This document shows positions 54,850-64,000 of a DNA stretch of 64,000 nt, one piece after another. The position numbers and the translations under genes are program-made. A model generated the notes under the pieces. It saw nothing but the letters and a program-made list of their open reading frames with translations, did no database searches and was not told where the DNA came from. Numbering within the stretch: the first letter of the stretch is position 1; the number at the start of each line of letters is the position of its first letter. The stretch comes from Calcarisporiella thermophila CBS 279.70 (Eukaryota; Fungi; Calcarisporiellomycota): NCBI RefSeq assembly GCF_041956535.1, contig NW_027192194.1:341444-405443 (forward strand). Reading direction: 5' to 3'.

Positions 54850-57800
54850 TCACCTCCGTTTTCCCATTGTCACCTTCTCCAAATCCTCCATAATCTTCTC
54901 CAGCTCTCGACGGAATCCTAACACTTCTTCGTCTCGCTTCCGCAGGGCCAGCTCGGACTGGACACGGCACCGCTCCAGCCGTGTATCGCCTTCGTGCTTA
55001 GCATCCTCCAGCATGCGATACAACTCGCGCTCCCGTTTCTTGTGACGCTGCTCGAGGCGTGCAATCTGAAGAGAGAGCGCATCGATCTGATCGTGGAGGA
55101 GGCGAGCGGTGGAGGCTGCCGCAGGCAGACGTGGATCCGCTTTGCGATCGCGGTCGGGTTCTGCATCAACGGCCTGAGGCTGGTGCAATGCGTGCTCCAT
55201 AAGCGTACGAAGCTGCTTGTTCTCGGCCCGCAAATCGGAGATCAAAGTTTGCAGAAGCGAGATGGTTTCTTCGTCGTCCGCTGCTGCAATCGCCATATTA
55301 CGCCTAATGCGATCTCGCCCCGCTCCTGAGAGCTTGCCCCCCAAAGCAGTTTTCTCGGCATCTCCATTGAGTAGGTTGGCAAGGGTCTTGTCTCCCACTG
55401 CCAGTCGAATCAGATCCTCTCGGGACATTTTACCTTTGAGCAATTCGGTTTCCTTACTAAGCTTGCCAAGCTGCGCTTGAAGCTGCTTGATGTCCCTTCG
55501 CATCGACGTCTCGTCCTCATACATGAGCGCGGGCGCAGCAACTGCTCCGATGCCAGCTACTTTCTTAGCAAATGAGGTGGGTTTTGCGGAGGCTGCGGCC
55601 CGCTTCAGCTGCTGTTGATATTGCTGCTGCTGCTGCTTGAGCTGCTCCTCGAGCTGGGCTATGCGTGAATGGAATTGGTTCACCTCGGCCTCGTGTTCAC
55701 GCAGCAACTTAGTTCGCTCTTTGGACACCTGGTTGAGAAGTTTTTCCGCGGTGTCCGCACGATGGTTTGCCTCGTCCACCTCGCGCTCCAGCTTTTGGTG
55801 AGCTTGTTCGAACTCATTCGTCTTCTGCGCCATGTCCAAATCGATTCGCGCGTCCAGCTCGAGTCTCTCGACCTCCGCCAGCTTTTCCTCATACGCACGC
55901 TGGTAGTACTCGATCTGCTCCTCTTTCTCCTGTATACGTTGCTCCAGCTCTTTTACGTACTCTGTTGTTTCTTGCAATCGCGATCTCATCTCTTCCAATT
56001 TCACGCTTGCCTCTTTCTCGATTACAACGGTGTCCTTCGGCTCTGTCTGATGGAAGCTGGGCTGTGCAAAAGATTGCGACAGCATCTCCTCCCTCAGCCG
56101 ATCATTCTGCTCGCGGACAAGCTTGAGATCCGCCCGCAGCTGTTGAATCTGCTGCTCAAGGCGGTGGGCCCGTTCTTTATAGCGTTTCGCGGCGTGTCGC
56201 TCTGCATCGACCACATATTGCAGGTGACGTAGTTCCACGTTTTCCTGCTCTACTTGCGAGATGTATGCTTGCAGCTCTTCACGCTCGTCTTGCGCACTTT
56301 CAACTTGCTTAAGCAATGCCAAACGCTGAGCCTCGAGCTCGCGTAGGCGTGTGCTTAAGTGGTATGTATGTTTATTGGACCCCTTCATTGCGCTCTCGTT
56401 AATCGAGATATTCTGTGAGGCATCCTCGTTCATGAGATGAAGCGGGGGCGAGCCCTTGAGGGTAGAACCCTGGGAAGCGTTCATTGGGGAGTAGTCCGGC
56501 CGACGCTGTTGCTGGTCGGAGTGGACTCTGGGGGTCATATACGTGGATTTGTGGTGGATCGATGCATCTTTCCCTTGATTACTTTGTTCCACTTTAATCT
56601 CCTGCTCTAGACATTTTAGGTCGTTTTGCAGTTCCTCCACTTCCAGCTCTAGCTCGCGGGTGTGGGCTTCCATTTTCTTGTTTTCTTTCTCCAATGCTCG
56701 CGCACGGCGCTCACGGTCTTCCGTCTGCAGCTGGGCCTTATCCAGTTTCTCACGCATTTCCGCCAATTCGTTCTCTAGACGCTGTATTTTTTCGAGGGAG
56801 CACGCTGTCTCGTTCTGGAAATCCGTGCGTTGCCTCTCGAAAAGTTTAACCTTCTCTTTAAGCTGGGTTTCGGCGATACTGAGCTTATCCTGGGCATTTT
56901 TCAGATCTTTTTCCAATTTACGAGATTTTTCTTTGAGGTCTTCGGATCGATGCTCCATTTCTTCGGAATGTGCCTTTTGTTCTTTTAGTTCAAACTCACT
57001 GCGCCGAACCTCGGAGCGCAGAGAAATCACCTCCCTCTCTAGTTCACGAACTCGTAGCTGAAGTTCTGGGCGCTCTTGCTCGAACTCGAAAGCGGACTGC
57101 TGCAATCTGCGCGTTTTCATATCGAGTTCATCAAACTGTGAACGTTGCTGCTCAAGCTCTTTCACCACAGCGCAGTGCGCCTCCTCAGCCTTGGCGAGTT
57201 GAGTCTCCTTTTCGACTAGTTGGCTCTGCAATTGCTCACACTCGTTTGAGAGAGTACGGTATTCACTAAGAAGCTCGCCCACTTGCTGCTGTAGTTTTAC
57301 CGCCTCATCTCGGGCCAATTGATTCTCCTCTTCCAAAGTATCCCTTGCGCGTTTCAACTCCTCGTTTTCATCATCAAGCCTTTGCACAAGACTCCTCAAA
57401 CGATCAATCTCCTTCGAGTTCCCGTCAGCATCTCGCTGCTGTTCTTCAATCTTCGCCTCAAGCTCACGCACTCGATTTTGTAAAGTTGCTTGTTTGCGAT
57501 CTATGGTGGCCTTTCTCATAGCTTGCTCTGTATTAGCCTCCGTCTTTAATTTTCGGTTTTCATTCTCAAGCTGTAGCATTTTTTCCTTGAGGCGGCTTGC
57601 CGTCTCCTCCCTATCGTAGCTCGCGATTTCTAACTGTGAGGCTAGTCGCTTATTCTCTTGCTCAAGGCGATATGCCCGATCTTCGAGCCGCTCCTGCAGT
57701 TTTTCCCGTTCGGTGATCTCGTGCTCAACTTGGGTACGATAGGCGTTGCGCTGCTGTTCAATCTGATTGAGCTGCTCAAGTGTGCGTCTTTCGTTGCTTG

Positions 57801-60550
57801 TGGCCTCCTCCAGCTTTTGCTGAAGCGTTTCCATCTCGGCATTAAGTTCATCGATTCGCGTGCGGAGCGCTGTCACTTGTTCCTCGCTGGCGGCAGTCTC
57901 TTCAAGTTCAGCACGGAGCGACTCGTTCTCTCTCTCAAGATTCCCAACTTGAGCCTCTAACTTAGTCAATTTGCTCAGCTCTTGCTCCAACTGATTTTTT
58001 TCTGCCAATAGATCTTCAAGCTGCATCTCCAGAGAATGGCAACGTTTCTGGTTGCGCAACTGCTCCTCTTCGAGCCGGTTAGCCTCATCTTGCAAAAGTT
58101 GATTATTTTCAACAAGTTCGTCGTTTTGAGCGCGAAGATCCTCCAGCTCGTGCACTGCTCTCTCAAGCTCATCACGGAACATAGCCGCCCGATCACTCTC
58201 ACTGACTGTAGCTTGCTCGAGATGTTGCAATCGTTCCCGCAGCGTTGGGATAGCCTGGTTTTCCTCCTCGAGTTTACGGCGTCTCGCGTCAATTGTCTCG
58301 AGCTCTTGTTCAATTTCATCAAAGCGCTTACGTATTTCGGGCGTCCGACTTTGGAACGGTGAAGAGCGACTGTAGTGTACACTCTCCTTTTCGACTGAAA
58401 TAGCACTTATCTCATTAGCTTCGGCCATTTGAACTAGCTCTGGGGACATGTAACCGCGATCGCATAACTCAGTAATGATGGATTTGACTCGAGATCGTTT
58501 TGGTACTCTATTGATTTCTACCAGTGCATTCTCTAGTTCTCGTATCCGATCCTTCGCCCATAAACCAGCATTGTCCTCCTCGTGCTGCTTAAGGAGTTCT
58601 TCCAGCTCCGTAACACGCTCACGATGTTCCTTGGTCAATCGACGCACTTCGTTTTCCAAAGCCGCGACGCGAACTTCTGCCGAGTTTGAAGTCCTCGATT
58701 GGTTGCTTTTATTTGCTTCGTCGAGTAAAAGAAGTTTAGCATCCTCGAGTCGGTTGGTCAGTTCACCAATATGGATCTGGTGCTCACGATCCCGCTCTTT
58801 TAATAGCTTGCGTAAATTTTCCACCTCCTCGCGCCATCGGTTCACTTCTGATTTGGCAGCCTCAGCGCCCCTAGCACGCTGCTCTGCTTCCAAAACACGA
58901 TCTTGCAGAGTAACTATCTCATTATTAAGTTTATCAGTTATCTCCGCCGCCCTCATCTCGGCAGCCCTGCGTGCTTCAGTTTGCTCGTGTATTTGTACTA
59001 TCAATTTTTCTGTTTCAGCATTCTTAGACTGGATAATACGTTCTGCTTCTTCAACCTCCCGCTGCAGTCCTGCCAGCTGCATTCGTATAGCAGATGCCTC
59101 TCCCGCTTCTGTAGTGGAGGAAGCTCGCAAAGCATTGATTTCAGCCTCGTAATCCTCCATAACGCGAGCAGCTTCTAAGAGTTCATTCCGGAGTTTATCC
59201 AGGTCACGGTCCCGCATCTGTAGCGCCTCAGCTAATTTCTGATTTTCCTGCTCTAACTGTTTACGGGCAATGAGCGCATCAGCCGAACGTTTTGCGACAT
59301 CACGTACTGAGCGTTCAAATTGAGCATCGATTGCATCCAATTCAACAGAGTCCATCTCGCCTGCAGAACGCCTTGGTGCGGGGGTGCGCAGCATAGTGAT
59401 GGCTTGGGTGTACTCTTGGTCTTCAACGTCCGTTGATCCCGATGTATTTGCCACACTCTCATCCTCGGTAGTATCTGTGGATTGTATTATCGTACTACCC
59501 TGCAATTGCCTCAAGGGTCGAGAAGACAGGTTTGATCGGGGTGTATATTTCTTAGATTTCTGTGCAGACCAGAGCGACATCGAAACTCTAGGAGTTTTTT
59601 GTAGCTCTTCCTTTTCTTTGGTCGCCCAAGGAGAGAGGGATGAAGCAGCTTTGTTTTTCTCTTGAGCAAACTGATTTGAAGACGTCAGCAATGCAGATGA
59701 ACCTATACTGCTCTTAACTAACTGCTGTTCTCGTAGTAGGCCCTCTGCTTTCTTCGAGGATGTTGGCTGTCTTAATTTTTCTTTCTTCGTGGCCCAAGGA
59801 GAACCAATTATCCGCGCATGCAATCCTGGAGTTGAAGAGAGAGGATTGAGTTGGGTATAGTTCTTATAAGAATCCTTGCTTGCTCCACTCTTTCCGCTCT
59901 CTCCGCTTCCATTGCTTCCTTGAGATGCAGTCAACATCGAATTGCCGGAAGATTTAGGACTTGATCTACCCGAAGAGGCAGGCCCACGTGCTGTTGTTAA
60001 AGAAAAGTTGGTTTCGGTAGGCATGTCTTGCTGAAAATACTTCTCTAAGGAGGTTGAGGATGCTTCTCTTGATAGATAGTTATTGTTATCGACATTCTGC
60101 TAAAAACAATAACGAAATTAACTACATGCTAACATTTCATCATGTAATATTTACACTGACCGCGGAAGCTCCTTCAGTATTATCAACATTTTTTGTGTCT
60201 ACCGCGCGAGAATAGCTCATATAGGACCGCTTCTGATAAATAAAAAATCAATCAAAAATTCCATCAATAAGCACAACACCTAACCATACCTGAGACAATG
60301 CCTCATAGTTGACCTCAGAAGTTGTGCTTTTAAACTCTGGACGATTCGCACTCAACTTGCTTTTTATTCCAACATTGCTCTCTCGGTGAGCAGTCGCGTA
60401 ATCAACGTAACTCATATTTCCCCCTAATGCACTCGCATTAACGTCGTCCTTCACTGTTTCTGATTTATCAAGGAAAGATAGACTTTGTTCCTCAATAGGT
60501 GAACTCATCCCATCTATGTCCCAGGAGAGATCATTTCTATCTGACTCCAT
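54850..60550 (-). CDS. Giant (~1,860 aa) coiled-coil protein with CEP162-like C-terminus; candidate centriole/SPB component
   Basis: 1724-codon terminal ORF plus two short 5' exons from MESDRND (60550); Ser-rich N-terminus, long coiled coils, C-terminal IARLEQRHKKREREL...KRDEEVLGFRRELEKIMEDL. Confidence 0.8.
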
Positions 60551-60716
60551 CCCGCTTATTAGGTGATTAATGTGTTTTAATAAAAGAACTAAAAATGTAA
60601 ATGGGAACGCGTTTTTGATTTCCGCGCGACTTCCAATGAGAATTTTCATAAGCCACTATATCTCTGTCAACAGAGCTAGGTGGTAATTCCCTTAACCTCA
60701 TTCGAGATCTTGAATA

Positions 60717-61062
60717 ATGTTTTCAACAAAACCTGCATGGTCAACCGTATCTCGTCGTGCTTACGAAGTCCCTGAAGTGCTGAAACGGGCGCGACGACCT
60801 TATCGTACACGTAATGTTATAACCGGCTTAGCCTTGCTCGGATTCTGTACCGCAGTCTGTATCCTTTTAGATCCAGTTTATTAATGATTATACATTTTCA
60901 GAAATTCAGTGCATTTTTTCCCTTTTTCATTCACTGATGCAACCCCATATATCCTTAACAAATTTTGTGTGCTAATTAGATTCGTACTCGTTTTTGGCAG
61001 TCAAGCAAGATGACTTTAGCGACGTTGTAGTTCCTCAGAAGGATACAGAGGGCTCGGATTGA
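60717..61062 (+). CDS. COA3: Cytochrome c oxidase assembly factor 3 (not in the ORF track)
   Basis: Exons 60717-60858 and 60980-61062 encode MFSTKPAW...LKRARRPYRTRNVITGLALLGFCTAVYSYSFLAVKQDDFSDV..., the fungal Coa3 signature. Confidence 0.9.
60859..60979 (+). other. U12-type GT-AG intron in COA3
   Basis: Donor GTATCCTTT, canonical branch TCCTTAAC (60952-60959), acceptor TTAG ~20 nt downstream, no strong polypyrimidine tract. Confidence 0.88.
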
Positions 61063-61371
61063 ACTTAAATATGTAATTATTTATAGATGATATATAATGT
61101 TTATATAGCTACGTTTCTCTTGTTTACTCCACTACCACATTCGACTACCTGGAGTCTGGACTGAAAGATACTTCACTATTTTTCGTAAAATATATACTGA
61201 AGTTTTTTTTTATTTTCATTTTTTAAACTTGAGAGAGATGGCCATACTCCCCCCAATGTACTAAATCTACAAAGAAAAAAGCATTTCCAACCGACATCAC
61301 TCGCATAATCATGACTGTAACAATGAACGTAAGGAAATTCGTGACATGAGATAACCACAATCCACCGTCAT

Positions 61372-61983
61372 TTAAATGAGCAACTTCTCGATCTGTTGCT
61401 TGATAGCCTGGATTTGTGGCTTCAGGTCAGAGGCCTCGTTTGTCGTTACAGATGCAGAAATCACGGGGCGTGAAACACCACATGCACGACCGAGATCGAA
61501 TTTTGAAGGAACAAAAACGTAGGGAACATTCTACACAAAAGTGTAAGAAAATAATATATTAGTACACACCATTAGTAAATAAAATATTGTACGAAGGTAT
61601 ATATCAGCTATTTCTATCTTTGCTAGTATGATAGAGCAAAAATACTTCGGATGGAAGTATGATTTTTTGTACAATTTGCTCACCTTATCTTCACAGAGCA
61701 GGGGAAGGTGAAGCAAGATTTCGATCGGATCGGTGTCAGCAGCCATCACAATGAACTCAGCAATACCACGATTGAGAGTTTTGGTAGCTAATTGAGCGAG
61801 AAGAAATTAGTAACAAGGAAGCAGGAGAAGCAAAATCGGCCATGGCTGACGCTTAGAAACATTACCTTCGTTAGCACCTTTCTTCAGCTGTTTGTAGTGG
61901 CTCGCCTGCTGAACCAAGTCGAGGATGGTGTTGGAGAGCTTGGCGTCAGCCAGAGGGAATGCTTTGGGGTTCACCGTTGCCAT
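61372..61983 (-). CDS. SNU13: Snu13/15.5K K-turn-binding protein (U4 snRNP and box C/D snoRNP)
   Basis: [69 protein letters not shown]; two introns. Confidence 0.97.
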
Positions 61984-62081
61984 AGTTTAATATAAGTAGA
62001 TTTAGCGATTGTTTTCAATTCAGTTGTTAAAAGAAAAAAAGACCTGCAATGATGATGAGATTGTAAACAAAATTGAAACGG

Positions 62082-62089
62082 CAGTCACA
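62082..62089. promoter_or_regulatory. Homol-D-like box CAGTCACA in the SNU13/PRP3 bidirectional promoter
   Basis: Exact octamer near the midpoint of the 196-bp gap between the two ATGs. Confidence 0.55.
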
Positions 62090-62179
62090 AAACGTGATGT
62101 AAAAATGGTTGTGGAATAGAATTGGTAGAAATTTCGTCACGGCTTTTCTTGTCAATGATCCTTTAGTTATAATTTAATC

Positions 62180-64000
62180 ATGAGCGGCGTGCCAGATAAA
62201 GATAAGGTAGATTTAAAGCAGTTGCAGATATAAATAAGTATGGCGGAGCTGATCCTCTATTTATTTACAGATCGCGGCGATGATCGCCCAGAAAAAGGCG
62301 GAGCTAACTGCCAGACTTGCACAATCTGGCCTAGGCACAAAACCTGCCACTCCTCCTCCAGCACCCGCACCCCAGCCAACAAGACCAGAGCTTTCTATTC
62401 CTGCAGGTGTAAATCCAGATGAGATTCGGCGTAAACTGCAAGAGGCGCGTTCGATCGCAAAAACCTTAGCTGGATCGGTATGTTAAAGCTTGCTTTTTGT
62501 TAGAATACTTTGTACATTCTACACTTATTATAACGTCGCAATTTCCACATAGGCGGCTGCGAATAATGAACCACGTGCAAAAGGAGGGCTACAAGTAGAA
62601 GCTCATCCATTATTGATGCGCGATGAAACAGGGAATTTGAAGTTCAACTCATCCAAAGTGGCAATACCAAAACCTGTTTTTGCCACTACTAAGGTGCGTT
62701 TGCTATTGAATAATGGCATCAGTTCGAAATTAGCGGATATTGTTGCTATATCTTCTGCTCACATTAATTAACTATTATAATATCATATAGGCAAATTTGC
62801 GAGTAGCTCCTAAGAAACAAAAAGAAGAAGTCAAGCCTAAACCAGTTGAGCCCGTGAAAAACCCATATCTTGAAGCAAGTACAGAGGTCGAACCTGGTGC
62901 GGTACGACGAACGCGCAAATTCAAATTCGTTCAGCCAGGAAAATATGTCAAGCAAGCAGAACAAATTAGACAGAAGGTAATGGTGTAAATTTGCATTTAA
63001 GCATATGCAATCCTAATCCTCCTTTATGTGTATTTGATAGGCACATATGGAGGAATTGAAGGAAAAGATCGCAGCAAATGTAAATAAAATTGGTCTAGAG
63101 GCTGAAATTAGTATTTCCGATAAAGCAATTAAGGTATTGTCCACTTTATTTACGCTTACTCTACGTACAAGCGTTTAATCCTGTATTTGATTTTTCTTTT
63201 AGAAAGAGCCACCACCGGCAATCGAATGGTGGGATGCTTTTCTTCTCCCTAATAAAACCTACGACGATATTGATAATGGCCAGGCAAAGATCGACACAGA
63301 TGACTCGATTATTACCCATCTAGTGCAGCATCCGGTGGTTATTCCGCCACCCGACTCAGGCACAGCACCAGCCAAAATGCTAATGTTGACAAAGAAAGAG
63401 CGTAAGAAGCTCCGCCGCCAGAAACGGATGGAGATTCTTAAGGAAAAGCAAGATAAAATTCGGCTAGGACTATTACCGCCAGATCCGCCTAAAGGTAAGA
63501 GAGAATTGGCCTTGAATCATGTTTTCCTTTTAGCTTTTGACGCTTCTATCTAAATTCGTGTTAACATTTTTCTTTGGTAGTTAAACTTAGTAATCTAATG
63601 CGTGTCCTTGGCAATGATGCTATCCAGGACCCCACTAAAATTGAAGCACGAGTGCGTAAGGAAATGGAAAAACGGCATGCATTACACATGAAAATGAACC
63701 AGGAACGAAAGTTAACACCGGAACAATTGCGGGAGAAGAAACGGCGGAAGCTGGAAGAGGATACTAGCCAAATGGTTCATGTCAACGTGTACAAGTAAAT
63801 ATACTCCCTCCCTATAGCCAAGCTTATTTTGAAATAATGGATCTGCTAATCTATTTATCTCTTTGACAGAATTCGAGATCTTTCCCACCCATCCCATCGG
63901 TTTAAGGTCGATAAGAACGCACAACAACTTAACTTTACCGGTATTGTCTTGTTGAATAACAAGTTCAACTTAGTAGTCGTCGAGGGAGGCCCAAAGAACC
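62180..64000 (+). CDS. PRP3: U4/U6 snRNP protein Prp3 (truncated by the window end)
   Basis: RAKGGLQVEAHPLL, KFKFVQPGKY, PPAIEWWD, LTKKERKKLRRQ, IRLGLLPPDPPKVKLSNLMRVLG..AIQDPTKIE, HRFKVDKNAQQL..TG, VVVEGGPK. Confidence 0.96.

Noticed and set aside
42254-59665. Numerous antisense ORFs across FAA, PSD2 and the coiled-coil genes
   Set aside because: Explained by high GC3 on the true coding strand; no recognisable domains.
60884-60937. Box C/D-like ATGATTA...CTGA within the COA3 intron
   Set aside because: Too short, AT-rich, no terminal stem or recognisable rRNA guide.

Overview
Gene-dense, intron-rich eukaryotic window from a fungus (CHS7, TIM54, fungal-type COA3, PSD2). It is probably an early-diverging lineage (Zoopagomycota/Mucoromycota-like; inference), because it retains DHX35, a STEEP1/CXorf56 homolog and U12-type minor introns. 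About 27 protein-coding genes were reconstructed by hand-splicing: an alpha/beta hydrolase, USO1, RAP1, an orphan, CTU2, DHX35, TIM54, STEEP1, SNT2, sulfite oxidase, a TM-anchored protein, PTR2, a secreted His-brace LPMO-like polyprotein, RTC5, a 7TM GPCR, ERG28, PEX13, SAC3, acyl-CoA synthetase, a small spliced orphan, PSD2, CHS7, two coiled-coil proteins, COA3 (missed by the ORF track), SNU13 and PRP3. I recognised no mobile elements, tRNA or rRNA. Highlights: (1) a secreted LPMO-like copper domain with an altered second-sphere residue, fused to Kex2-type spacers, cationic Gly/Ala/Lys blocks, acidic DPFN repeats and a terminal amphipathic helix; (2) two U12-type introns; (3) a giant coiled-coil protein with a CEP162-like C-terminus, tail-to-tail with a gene sharing a motif; (4) SNU13 and PRP3, both U4/U6 snRNP proteins, head-to-head around a central Homol-D box; (5) a heme-less sulfite oxidase ending in a PTS1-like SRI; (6) a broad GC hump. 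Family calls come from recalled motifs, not database searches.
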